From Myxococcota bacterium (lineage in GTDB: Bacteria > Myxococcota_A > Bradymonadia > UBA7976 > UBA1532): DNA of 64,000 nt. Both the position numbers and the translations under genes were made by a program. Below, piece by piece: positions 1 to 8,854 of this stretch. The notes beneath the pieces were generated by a model. That model had not been told where the DNA came from. It worked only from the letters and a program-made list of their open reading frames with translations, and ran no database searches. Location: the NCBI GenBank assembly GCA_036337435.1, contig JAYZEG010000095.1, positions 7,393 to 71,392 of the forward strand, in the 5' to 3' direction. The number at the start of each line of letters is the position of its first letter. The first letter of the stretch is position 1.

Positions 1-23
1 CGAGCACACTCTTTTTGATATAG

Positions 24-743
24 GTGCTTCTCTTGTTTGACGGGCACTCTTTTTTTACTGGGTCTAAGGCGAGGTTACTCCGCTTATCAAAGGCCAAACT
101 GGGGCTATGCTTCGGCGCACTGGTCCTGGCTGGTTGCGCGGCATCGTCTCAGCATGTTGTTTTATCACTGCAGGACATCAGTTGCTCGAGTTGCGGTGTA
201 CACAGCGTTGACGTACTTCGTGGTGCGAAGGGCGTTCGACGCGTCCAGTTCCATAAGGTCAAAGCTGAACTCTCGATTCATTACGAGACGGGAAAACAGA
301 CACCCGATGCTCTACAGAGGTTGGTCAGTAGTCTAGGTTATGGCGTCACAGTGGGTGCTGGCCAGGGTCGGTACAAAAAGCCCGGGCTAGAGAAGACCGA
401 TAAAGATGTCAGAACCATTCGTAATCCAGGTAGAGAACTGGATGTCGCGCGCTTGGCTGTGTCTGGTAAAGCAACGATCGTCGACTTCTTTGCCATTTGG
501 TGTGGCCCCTGTCGACAAGTAGACGAATACGTCATGGGCATTCTCCAAAATGAGCCGGACCTTGCCTATCGTCGAATCGATATTGGCGATTGGGATTCTG
601 TGATTGCAAAGCGGTATTTGGGCCGTGTTCCAGAACTGCCATTTGTCATTGTCTACGACCGAAATCGAGTTGAAGTCGGCCGACTATCCGGACTCCAGTT
701 TGGGGCGCTAGACGAACTCATCGATAAGGCACTGACACAATGA
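24..743 (+). CDS. Lipoprotein fusing a heavy-metal-associated (HMA) domain to a thioredoxin domain
   Basis: The N-terminus has a lipobox (LVLAGC). An HMA-like ferredoxin-fold segment carries CxxC (ISCSSCG). The C-terminal thioredoxin motif is FFAIWCGPC. The stop overlaps the next ATG (ATGA at 740-743). Confidence 0.8.
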   Translation: MLLLFDGHSFFTGSKARLLRLSKAKLGLCFGALVLAGCAASSQHVVLSLQDISCSSCGVHSVDVLRGAKGVRRVQFHKVKAELSIHYETGKQTPDALQRLVSSLGYGVTVGAGQGRYKKPGLEKTDKDVRTIRNPGRELDVARLAVSGKATIVDFFAIWCGPCRQVDEYVMGILQNEPDLAYRRIDIGDWDSVIAKRYLGRVPELPFVIVYDRNRVEVGRLSGLQFGALDELIDKALTQ

Positions 744-832
744 GCCGACTGTTCGTTAGCATGGTGATCGCCGGTAGTGTTATCGCCTTTTCGTTTCCTG
801 GGGTTGCCCTCGGCGGTGCCTGAAGTGGCTGA
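740..832 (+). other. Sec-type signal peptide mini-ORF (MSRLFVSMVIAGSVIAFSFPGVALGGA) ending in TGA-AGT-GGC-TGA, in the same frame as the 878..1771 ORF
   Basis: I read the codons directly. ATG is at 740, the in-frame TGAs are at 821-823 and 830-832, and the frame (position mod 3 = 2) is identical to ORF 878..1771. Confidence 0.6.
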
Positions 833-877
833 ACAAACCCAAATCTCGCCGGTGGCGGGGATCACGGTGGTTATGGA

Positions 878-1771
878 TTGCATCTTGGCAAGCTCAGACT
901 CACCATATCGACAATGGGGGCCAGGGTACGGGTGAGTCACACTGTACCATCGAATCAGTATGAGCCAGGTGTTGCCCAAGAACAGCAAGCGATGACCCAT
1001 GCTCAAACCCTTGATTTATTGAACACAGACCTCACCGTTTCGTATGTTTTTACTCAGAGGGTCGAGCTGTCTTTAGCGATCCCGTTAAGGCTGGTCAGAA
1101 GTTCCGTGGATTTTCTCGACCAGGCAGGGCGTAAACTCAACGGATTTGAAAGTATCCATCATCGAAACGAGACCATCACAGGCGTCGATGATTTGCGTCT
1201 CGAGGTCCGTCATCGGCTGTTGACGCCGGCGTCGTTAGATACGCTTCGTTTGGATGTGAAATACGGCATCAGTTTTCCGGTTGCCGCCATAGAACCGGAC
1301 CCATTTGAGTTAGGCCGACGAGGTCGGAGACATCAACATGTGTTCTTTGGCACCGGGACGTTTGACCCGCTGGCGGCGGTCCAAATCGAATACGGGTTCG
1401 GAGAATTCGTGCTTGGCGGTGAGACGGAATGGACGGGTTCACTCTACGCCAATCGATATGGATACCGTGGTCCTATCTCATTGACCCAACGCGTTGCGAT
1501 TGGTTCGTCCTTCGGCACGACCACGTGGTTCCCTAGCTTGGGGACAGAACTCTTCAAAGAGTTTCCTGCCAGGTGGTCCAATGAGGTTGCCGAGAACAGT
1601 GGGCGTTTGGAAGTCAGCCCAATGGTGGCGTTGCGCGCCGCTGCGACACGTTGGGTGAGTGTGATGGCGTCAGTGAAAAAGCCGTTCATTCTGTCGGCTC
1701 AGTCGACGACACTCCATGTGCCCTTGATCGTTATGCTGAGTGTGCAGACAGCAGTGGACACGCACCGCTAG
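878..1771 (+). CDS. Putative exported/outer-membrane beta-barrel-like protein; body of the 740..1771 reading frame (possible selenoprotein or pseudogene)
   Basis: There are many alternating hydrophobic/polar strands (LTVSYVFTQRVELSLAI, LRLEVRHRLL, LRLDVKYGISF, AAVQIEYGF). The track start is a TTG with no signal peptide. A signal peptide lies upstream in the same frame. Confidence 0.55.
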   Translation: MHLGKLRLTISTMGARVRVSHTVPSNQYEPGVAQEQQAMTHAQTLDLLNTDLTVSYVFTQRVELSLAIPLRLVRSSVDFLDQAGRKLNGFESIHHRNETITGVDDLRLEVRHRLLTPASLDTLRLDVKYGISFPVAAIEPDPFELGRRGRRHQHVFFGTGTFDPLAAVQIEYGFGEFVLGGETEWTGSLYANRYGYRGPISLTQRVAIGSSFGTTTWFPSLGTELFKEFPARWSNEVAENSGRLEVSPMVALRAAATRWVSVMASVKKPFILSAQSTTLHVPLIVMLSVQTAVDTHR

Positions 1772-1852
1772 GCCAACACGGCCAAAAGACGCCCAGGGCA
1801 CCAGCGGACTGCTCGGTGGGCATCCTTGGCCCCGTGCGGGCAAGATGGCGTG

Positions 1853-2845
1853 TTATTGGGCCGGTGTTGCCAGGGACGGCCGACGATGGGACTGACCGTC
1901 GAAGCGGCCGAACCCCTTCAAGTAGCGCAAGAAATCGTGATCGTCAGCTGAGAGAACGAGCCGCATTTTGCTGGAAAATGTCTTTGGAAAAAGGTCGAGA
2001 CTTCGACTGAATGAGTAGAACTCTGAATCTTTACCGTATGCATCAGCATAAATCTTAAGCACTTCGGCATCAGCGGAGCCTCGAATCGTGGCGGCCGATG
2101 CGTATCCCTCTGACTCAATCTTTTCGAGGTCTTTTGCCATTTTACCTAAGATTTTCGCCTCTCGCTCGCGACCTTCCGATTCGTAGCGATTGGCGATACG
2201 GATTCGTTCGGACCGCATTCGTTCATAAATTTTTGGAATGACCGATTTGACATAGTTAAACGTCTTAATTTGTAGCCCGTTGATGGTGAATCCGTACTCG
2301 TCGACAGCCCCTGTACCCGCTCGAGTGAGAATCTCATTGGCGACCTTCTCACGGCCAACGGCGATTTTGACGTTTCGCGCCGCTTCGGCTTCTTCGAGTT
2401 CCTCTGACTCATACTGCAGACGTCTTTGCGTATTTCTCAGCGCTTCATAGAGCCGATTTGCGGATATAACATTCTTAACCGAGGCTTCAACGACACCGTC
2501 CAAAACGCTTTGGCCGGCACTTTCGGTCCTCACAGCCTCATAGAAACGCCTCGGTTCTGTGACCTTCCAGCGGGCCCAGGTATTGACCTCGATGTTTTCC
2601 TTATCGATGGTCAAAAGGTCACTCGGCTCGCCATCCCAATTCCGAAGGCGGCTGTCGATCATCGTCACTTCTTGAATGAATGGAATTTTAAACTTGAGGC
2701 CCGGCTCTTTGACTTCTTCGACCACCCGACCAAATTGAGTCACAATGGCAAACTCGTAGACGGGAACAACGTACATCGATGCTGCACCGACGGCTGTCGT
2801 CGCCAGTATTGCAGCGGTCAGGGCAATCCATGCTTTGTTCTTCAT
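1853..2845 (-). CDS. hflC: Protease modulator HflC (SPFH/band-7 family)
   Basis: It has an N-terminal TM and the SPFH motif GLKFKIPFIQEVTMIDSR. It is the second gene, overlapping hflK by 4 bp. Confidence 0.9.
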   Translation of the reverse strand: MKNKAWIALTAAILATTAVGAASMYVVPVYEFAIVTQFGRVVEEVKEPGLKFKIPFIQEVTMIDSRLRNWDGEPSDLLTIDKENIEVNTWARWKVTEPRRFYEAVRTESAGQSVLDGVVEASVKNVISANRLYEALRNTQRRLQYESEELEEAEAARNVKIAVGREKVANEILTRAGTGAVDEYGFTINGLQIKTFNYVKSVIPKIYERMRSERIRIANRYESEGREREAKILGKMAKDLEKIESEGYASAATIRGSADAEVLKIYADAYGKDSEFYSFSRSLDLFPKTFSSKMRLVLSADDHDFLRYLKGFGRFDGQSHRRPSLATPAQ

Positions 2846-3867
2846 TTTGCTCCTCCCTTCTTGAGGTCCAGGAGTTTCAACACGCCGTTATCTTTGTCGT
2901 CGATGAGCATGATGTCACCGACCTTGGGAAGCGATGCTTCCATCGCTTCTAGGTAGAGCCTGCGACGGGTGATGTCTTCCGCTTTCCGGTATTCAGCCAA
3001 GACGGCTAGGAATGCATCGGTCTCGCCCTTCGCGCGATTGACTCGGCCGATTTTGTAGCCCTCCGCTTCTTTGACGACACGTTCAGCTGCACCGCGTGCG
3101 GCAGGGATCTTTTTGTTCCGCTCGCCCTCGGCTTCATTGACGATTCGAGCTCTCACTTGCATCGCTCTATTGACCCCACTGAAGGCGTCTCGAACTGCAT
3201 CCGGTGGCGATGCACGGCCCAGGTTGATCTTAACGATTTGGATCCCACATTTCAGGGCGTCTAAGCCCTCTTGCATTTTCTGTTTCACGGCACTTTCGAT
3301 AGCTGGGCGGTCCAAAGTGAGCGCCTCATCGACTGAGCGGTCTCCGATTTCAATGCGCATGACGGCTTCCGACACATCCCTCAGGGTTTGCTCAGGGTCT
3401 CGAACTTCAAACAGATAGTCCTTTAACTTGTTAATTTTGTAGCGGACCTCCCAGGTAATCATCACCAGGTTGAGGTCGCCGGTAAGCATCGATGCCTCGG
3501 CAACGACGCCTGGGCTGTTGTAGTCGAATTGACTCTTTACACCCGCACTGAGTGTCCGGTAGCCGAACTCGGCAGAGTGCACTGTTTTGACCGCGCGCTT
3601 GTGCACTTGGTCAATGCCGAACGGCAGTTTCCCGTGAAAACCAGGCCCATAGACATCATGGATTTTTCCTAAACGGAGGACGACAGCTTCTTCGTTTGCT
3701 TCGACCGTATAATAGGCAGACGATCCGCCCCAGAGTAGGACGAGGACCAGCACAACCAACCAAAACAGCTTAAACATGCGTTCTGGATCGATGTTGATAT
3801 GGAAATCATCCGGTGTGCGCTGGCCGCCACCGCCTTGCATATTCTTTACCCAGTCAAACTCACTCAT
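2842..3867 (-). CDS. hflK: Protease modulator HflK (SPFH/band-7 family)
   Basis: An N-terminal TM is followed by YYTVEANEEAVVLRLGK..GPGFHGKLPFGID and a C-terminal coiled coil. It is coupled to hflC. Confidence 0.9.
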   Translation of the reverse strand: MSEFDWVKNMQGGGGQRTPDDFHINIDPERMFKLFWLVVLVLVLLWGGSSAYYTVEANEEAVVLRLGKIHDVYGPGFHGKLPFGIDQVHKRAVKTVHSAEFGYRTLSAGVKSQFDYNSPGVVAEASMLTGDLNLVMITWEVRYKINKLKDYLFEVRDPEQTLRDVSEAVMRIEIGDRSVDEALTLDRPAIESAVKQKMQEGLDALKCGIQIVKINLGRASPPDAVRDAFSGVNRAMQVRARIVNEAEGERNKKIPAARGAAERVVKEAEGYKIGRVNRAKGETDAFLAVLAEYRKAEDITRRRLYLEAMEASLPKVGDIMLIDDKDNGVLKLLDLKKGGAK

Positions 3868-4000
3868 CGAGAGCCTCCAAATAACTCATTACAACTCATC
3901 TACTGTGGATCGCCCTTAAGTACAATGGACAATTAAAAGAAGTCACAGCCCAGGTGCATTTAATTCTGCCTCACAGGCGCACTCTCGCCAAGACAGCTCC

Positions 4001-4426
4001 TCACGAGCGCGGCTTTCGCCAGCGCCAGACAAACCACAAGACGGCCGCAATTATGATAGCCGCACTCACTTTTGGGTTACGGACAAAACGAACAAGGATC
4101 GGGGTCCCGATCACGATCAGGGCCCAATTGAGGAATCGTTGAATTCGCAGGGTCGTTGACTGCGCGGTTGGTTGCGTGCCCGCTGTCGAGAAAACACGTG
4201 TCGGATCACGGTCGTAGCGCGCTCTTTGTTGCGGATTTGACAGGATCTCATAGGCTTCATTCAGCTCTTGGAGTTTTTCTTCTGCGAGCTCACGAAGCGC
4301 ATTATCCTGGTGTTTATCCGGGTGATAGCGACTCACCAGGTCACGATACGCAGCCTGAATCTCTTTATCCGATGCCGTCGGTTTTACGCCGAGGATTCCA
4401 TAATAATCTTTACCCAACCCAGACAT
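4001..4426 (-). CDS. J-domain protein with C-terminal transmembrane segments
   Basis: The J domain is DYYGILGV...YHPDKH (HPD motif). The C-terminal hydrophobic stretches are [14 protein letters not shown] and [13 protein letters not shown]. Confidence 0.85.
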   Translation of the reverse strand: MSGLGKDYYGILGVKPTASDKEIQAAYRDLVSRYHPDKHQDNALRELAEEKLQELNEAYEILSNPQQRARYDRDPTRVFSTAGTQPTAQSTTLRIQRFLNWALIVIGTPILVRFVRNPKVSAAIIIAAVLWFVWRWRKPRS

Positions 4427-4442
4427 CTTTGCCCTACCAAAC

Positions 4443-5870
4443 CTACGGCCGACGGATCGCCAAAAGCCGAATCTCGCTCATGTCATCCATGGAGTAACGA
4501 ATCCCTTCGCGGCCTAAGCCGCTGTCTTTAACACCACCATACGGCATATGATCGACTCGCCAGCTCGGAATATCTCCGATGATAACACCACCGACATCAA
4601 GGGCATCCCATGCCTGCTGCGCTTTGTATAAATCCCTGGTAAATACCCCCGCTTGCAGGCCAAACCGGCTGTCGTTGACTTCGTTGATTGCATCTTCAAA
4701 ATCGGAAAATGGGGTCAGTAAAGCAACGGGTCCGAAGACCTCCTCTCGATATAAACGCACATGCCGAGGTACATTCTCCATGAAGGTTGCATTGACGAAT
4801 GCGCCGTCTCTTTGTCCACCACAGAGCAGTCTGGCCCCCGCGTCTTGTGCCTCTGTAATCCAGCGTTCGACCCGAATGGCTTCATTCTCGGTGATCAAGG
4901 GGCCGATACTGGTTGATTCATGACGTGGATCTCCTACCAGAAGTTGGTTTGCGCCATCGACCAATTTCGTTTTCAGTTCATGATAGATTTGTTCGTGAAT
5001 CAAAACCCGCTGCACACCGATGCAGCTTTGCCCTGATTGATAAAATGCACCGCGTAGAATACGCGTGGCCGCGTCGTCCAGATCCCAGTCTCTGTCGACG
5101 ATGCATGCGGCGTTGCCCCCGAGTTCGAGGATGACGCGTTTTTTTCCTGATTGACTTTTCAGCTGCCAACCGACGTCTGCCGAGCCTGTGAAGCTGAGCA
5201 GTTTGAGTCGGGGGTCTGTCGTGAATGCACCAGCGGACTCCCGGTCGCATGGCATGATTGAAAATGCGCCATCAGGGAGGCCTGTTTCTGCGAGGATTTC
5301 GCCGATCAACAATGCGCCGATAGGTGTTAAACTTGCTGGTTTCAACACGAAAGGGCAGCCCATAGCGATGGCTGGCGCAATTTTGTGTGCCACCAGATTA
5401 AGAGGGAAATTGAATGGCGTAATAAACGATACGGGCCCGATTGGGACACGCTTCCACAGACCGCTGTAGCCTGCTGTACGGGCTGAAATTTCCATATCCA
5501 TGACCTGGCCTGTGGTCCGCACGGATTCAGCCGCAGCAAAGCGAAAGGTATCGATTAAGCGAGCCACTTCCCCTCGCGCATCGCGGATTGGTTTGCCGGC
5601 TTCCAAACACAGCGCATTAGCGAATTCTTCGGTTCGGTTTTCGAAGGCAGAGACACACTGATTGAGGATGTCTTGTCGCGCATAGCTGGGCAGCGCCTTC
5701 ATGGCGTTCGCGGCATTTACAGACTCGGCAATGCCCCTTTGGATGTCGTCTGTCGATGCTTTTGAGACCGAGGTGATTCGTTGGCCGGTGTATTTGTCGA
5801 ACACGTCGATCCGAGCGTCGGTCTCAATGGCTTTCCCGCCAATGTAGAGGGGGTAGTGTGACTTTAGCAT
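4443..5870 (-). CDS. NAD(P)+-dependent aldehyde dehydrogenase family protein
   Basis: ALDH motifs are present: [10 protein letters not shown] and the catalytic Cys context [10 protein letters not shown]. The length of 475 aa fits the family. Confidence 0.9.
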   Translation of the reverse strand: MLKSHYPLYIGGKAIETDARIDVFDKYTGQRITSVSKASTDDIQRGIAESVNAANAMKALPSYARQDILNQCVSAFENRTEEFANALCLEAGKPIRDARGEVARLIDTFRFAAAESVRTTGQVMDMEISARTAGYSGLWKRVPIGPVSFITPFNFPLNLVAHKIAPAIAMGCPFVLKPASLTPIGALLIGEILAETGLPDGAFSIMPCDRESAGAFTTDPRLKLLSFTGSADVGWQLKSQSGKKRVILELGGNAACIVDRDWDLDDAATRILRGAFYQSGQSCIGVQRVLIHEQIYHELKTKLVDGANQLLVGDPRHESTSIGPLITENEAIRVERWITEAQDAGARLLCGGQRDGAFVNATFMENVPRHVRLYREEVFGPVALLTPFSDFEDAINEVNDSRFGLQAGVFTRDLYKAQQAWDALDVGGVIIGDIPSWRVDHMPYGGVKDSGLGREGIRYSMDDMSEIRLLAIRRP

Positions 5871-5924
5871 CTTATCTATCCTGCATTGGTCTACTCTCGG
5901 CGCGAAGACTTTGACGTGTTCCAG

Positions 5925-6497
5925 CTAACCGGTCCATTCATGCTTTAAAATAGAATAGCAGGCTGTTTCCCGCCGTGAGCCATCGACTGGGTTATATTGG
6001 TGCCGAAGTGTGCCCTCCCGGACCATCGAGTTCGATTCGGCGCAGCGAATGCTTGCAATGTTTTCTGCATTGCAACGCCAAGCTAGACGCACCCATGGCC
6101 AGTCGGTAAATCCCCAGTTGATGATGGCTCTTAGGGCTTTTCGGCCCAGACCGCGCCCTGCATGAACCTTATTTATCCACAAACCGATTTCCGCGCTCTG
6201 GGTTTTAAGCGGACCTTCCCTTAGATGAAAACCGCTGCCGCCGAGTAAGTTCGTCTCATCCTGATCCCAGATACTGAAGACGAAGTCGTCGTTGGCCTCG
6301 TAGGCGTCGATGAAATTCGCGATTAAATCTCGCGTCTCATCGACGGATTGTGATGCGGTAGCCCATGGCATGAACCGCTTTAAGTGGTGGTACGATTCGT
6401 AGGTCGCATCCATCAGCGGTTGAGCATCCTCGATCCGATAGCAGCGGATAATCAAACCGTCTTCCATGGTTCGTTTGGGTGCCAAAAACGTGTTCAT
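5925..6497 (-). CDS. GNAT family N-acetyltransferase (RimJ/RimL-like)
   Basis: The acetyl-CoA binding motif is HAGRGLGRKALRAIINWGF. The ORF is open up to 6560. I prefer the ATG at 6497 (MNTFLAP...), which gives 190 aa. Confidence 0.8.
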   Translation of the reverse strand: MNTFLAPKRTMEDGLIIRCYRIEDAQPLMDATYESYHHLKRFMPWATASQSVDETRDLIANFIDAYEANDDFVFSIWDQDETNLLGGSGFHLREGPLKTQSAEIGLWINKVHAGRGLGRKALRAIINWGFTDWPWVRLAWRCNAENIASIRCAESNSMVREGTLRHQYNPVDGSRRETACYSILKHEWTG

Positions 6498-6561
6498 GCC
6501 TCGGCCTTCGCGTTCTCTAACGGGCTTGATTATCGCACACAGTCGGTGGATGTCACGCACA

Positions 6562-7341
6562 TTAACCCCGAATGATTTGACTCACAAGGTCTAACCCGTC
6601 GGTGAGGGCCGCTGGCCCTGGCTGTAAAATGATACATGGATCGATTTCGTAGATGCGCTGTTTTTGCACGGCGGGAATGCCATGAAACCCAGCGCGGCTT
6701 TTGATCTGATCAATATCCACAGGCTTTCCGCACCAAGACGCCAGTATGATATCTGGTTGAGCGGCGATGATTTGTTCAGACGTGACAACACGCTCCATCG
6801 CGCCTTTACATTCTGCCAGATCGGAGAATACGTCTGTTCCACCGGCGACCTCGATGAGCTCGCTGACCCATTGAATTCCGCTGATCATCGGGTCATCCCA
6901 CTCCTCGAAGTAAACTCGTGGGCGATAGCTGAGTTTGCGTCCGGCTGTCGCGATTTGGTCAAGACGTCGTCGGTATTGGTCCACCAGAGCATTGGCTTTG
7001 GCAGATGCATCGACAATGCGGCCGAGGGTGCCGATCACCTCGAGGATTTCAGCGATGGTGCGCTGATTAAAAATCAAGACGGGCAGGTGGGCTTTGATCA
7101 ACTTGGCAGCGAGTTCGCTTTGAATATCTGAGAAACCGACCACCAAATCCGGTTTCAGAGCCTTAATTTTTTGAACACTGCCATTGATGAAGGCGGATAC
7201 GATAGGCTTTGTTTTCCTGATCTCCGGTGGGCGCACGGTATAGGCACTGATGCCGACAATCCGGTCTGCTTCTCCGAGCGCCCACAAGATTTCTGTCGGC
7301 TCTTCTGTTAGACAGACAATCTTGGTGGGGCCTCGTTTCAT
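6562..7341 (-). CDS. Periplasmic-binding-protein fold (BtuF/Fe-siderophore type, class 8) protein without recognisable signal peptide
   Basis: Family-like segments are KIVCLTEEPTEILWALGEADRIVGIS and LKPDLVVGFSD. The ORF is open to 7434, but that would overlap the upstream gene by 86 bp. The ATG at 7341 lies 7 nt after the upstream stop. Confidence 0.75.
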   Translation of the reverse strand: MKRGPTKIVCLTEEPTEILWALGEADRIVGISAYTVRPPEIRKTKPIVSAFINGSVQKIKALKPDLVVGFSDIQSELAAKLIKAHLPVLIFNQRTIAEILEVIGTLGRIVDASAKANALVDQYRRRLDQIATAGRKLSYRPRVYFEEWDDPMISGIQWVSELIEVAGGTDVFSDLAECKGAMERVVTSEQIIAAQPDIILASWCGKPVDIDQIKSRAGFHGIPAVQKQRIYEIDPCIILQPGPAALTDGLDLVSQIIRG

Positions 7342-7348
7342 CGTGGGC

Positions 7349-8656
7349 TTACTGTCGGGCGGGGACGCAAGCCAATCCACCCGCGCCTGGAGGTGTTCGG
7401 CAAACGCCATCAATTTGGCGTCCATCAATCTCAAATGAACACGCGTCCATGTCAGCTAGGCCCACACATGCGGCCACGGCTTCAGCCGGAGGCTCCATGC
7501 CGCCAGCCCCCATGCCACCAGGCTCTTGACCACCTGGTGCTTGTCCGTCGCCTGGCTGCATCGTATCTCCCGCCTCGACGACGCCGTGGTAGCACCCAAG
7601 CAGGTAGGGGAATGTGTTGGTCGCATGGTAGCGATATGTTCCATCCGGCCCGATACGCCCATTACATTCATCGAGCCAACCCTCGCCGGCTTGTTGTTGA
7701 TAGGCATGGTTATCCCACGCATAGTCTTTGAAAACGCAAGCCGTGGTAACCACGCCATCGATGACCGCATTTGCGCACACATAACTGTTTTGATCGCTGC
7801 ACGCTTGGCCGAGCGTGCACCCGACTGAATCCGCTTCGTAATTCGTTGATTCCCAACTGCTCTTGAACGTGATGACCTCTTGGCAGTCTGCGTCTGTGCA
7901 CCCTCGCGGTCCGTACACGGGAAAGCCGTCGAGGGCAAAACCAAGAATCGGTGATGGCCCCTCGAGTGCCTCCATGGGCTCATCATCATACAGATTAGGG
8001 ATGCCGTCACCATCTGCATCAAGAAACGTTTGTTCAACAAACATGTGATAGTGATAATCAGCATTACCGCCCGTATGCCCCTGGGACTCGTCCATGACGT
8101 CATTGGCCACAGGATCTCCGAATGGATCTGGCATGGGGCCTTCATTCGGTCCGTAGATTGGGATCCCGTTGATGGCGAAACCAACGGTCCCAAGAAGAGG
8201 AATTGTTGTTGTCTCCTCGCTGTACTCAGGCGATAGAGGAATCGTCCAAGAGTGGTTTTGTGCACTGAGTCCATTGGGCGTGGTCGACATGTAGGTATAA
8301 TGTGGAATCCCGTTTGTCGTCACGGTCATATCAGACTGTGTGCAGGTCACTTGGAGGGTTGGTGCTGGATAATTCGCGCCAGGTCCCTGGAATGCGGCCA
8401 CGTCCAAAAAAACGTCATCAGGGCAATTGTCAGCGATGCCACCAGCACCGCCGGCACCCCCTTCGGCACCAGCACCGCCGGCACCCCCTTCGGCACCAGC
8501 ACCGCCAGCACCTCCTTCGGCACCAGCACCGCCAGCACCGCCTTCGGCACCAGCACCGCCACTACCGCCAGCACTGCCAGTGGACTCGTTATCATCCCCA
8601 CATCCGCTCAGCACAAGTGCGAAAGATGCAAGTACCGTAATCAATGCGTATCTCAT
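7349..8656 (-). CDS. YHYH-domain lipoprotein with a Gly/Ala/Glu tandem-repeat linker
   Basis: The lipobox is LVLSGC. The linker is (GGAGGAGAE)n. The YHYH-type motifs are GGNADYHYHMF and DGTYRYHATN. A strong SD (AGGAGAGG) lies upstream of the ATG at 8656. Confidence 0.85.
   Translation of the reverse strand: MRYALITVLASFALVLSGCGDDNESTGSAGGSGGAGAEGGAGGAGAEGGAGGAGAEGGAGGAGAEGGAGGAGGIADNCPDDVFLDVAAFQGPGANYPAPTLQVTCTQSDMTVTTNGIPHYTYMSTTPNGLSAQNHSWTIPLSPEYSEETTTIPLLGTVGFAINGIPIYGPNEGPMPDPFGDPVANDVMDESQGHTGGNADYHYHMFVEQTFLDADGDGIPNLYDDEPMEALEGPSPILGFALDGFPVYGPRGCTDADCQEVITFKSSWESTNYEADSVGCTLGQACSDQNSYVCANAVIDGVVTTACVFKDYAWDNHAYQQQAGEGWLDECNGRIGPDGTYRYHATNTFPYLLGCYHGVVEAGDTMQPGDGQAPGGQEPGGMGAGGMEPPAEAVAACVGLADMDACSFEIDGRQIDGVCRTPPGAGGLACVPARQ
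8438..8569. repeat. 27-bp in-frame tandem repeat, about 4.9 copies (ttcggcaccagcaccgccggcaccccc and variants)
   Basis: I read the units directly at 8462, 8489, 8516 and 8543, plus a partial unit from 8438. It encodes GGAGGAGAE on the minus strand. Confidence 0.9.
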
Positions 8657-8658
8657 AT

Positions 8659-8666
8659 CCTCTCCT
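8659..8666 (-). promoter_or_regulatory. Shine-Dalgarno (AGGAGAGG) for the YHYH lipoprotein gene
   Basis: This is the reverse complement of cctctcct, 2 nt upstream of the ATG at 8656. Confidence 0.55.
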
Positions 8667-8854
8667 GATTTGGATCGTGTCGACCAGGCGCATACACCCA
8701 ATATGGCCTCCGTCTCGCCCGCGACGGTAGCCTATTCATTGACCCAACTGCAAGCCTACAAACACGGTTGAATCATCACGCTCATGGTGAGCATACAATG
8801 GCCAACAAGTCGTTTTAAGATTAGACTGATAGACGCCGGCTGCGGCCGGACAAA

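Noticed and set aside
821-832. The whole window might use a TGA-sense genetic code (code 4 or 25).
   Set aside because: Many well-delimited genes here end on TGA with sensible lengths and domain boundaries. Examples are the thioredoxin-HMA gene at 741-743 and the ATGA-coupled operon genes. Recoding, if real, is therefore local to this site.
7456-8274. The 272-aa minus-strand ORF in an alternative frame of the YHYH gene.
   Set aside because: It lies entirely inside the better-supported 7349-8656 frame, which carries the lipobox, the YHYH motifs and a strong SD. Its composition is Arg/Ser-rich, typical of an off-frame translation.
8438-8569. The regular 27-bp repeats might be a CRISPR array.
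   Set aside because: The units are directly adjacent with no spacers. They are in frame inside a long ORF, they encode a Gly/Ala linker, and there are no cas genes.
8427-8771. The 114-aa plus-strand ORF with PAPPAPPSAP repeats, and the sibling ORFs at 8252-8668, 8302-8640 and 8347-8601.
   Set aside because: They are frame and strand shadows of the GC-rich tandem repeat within the YHYH lipoprotein gene. They have no independent start context or recognisable domain.
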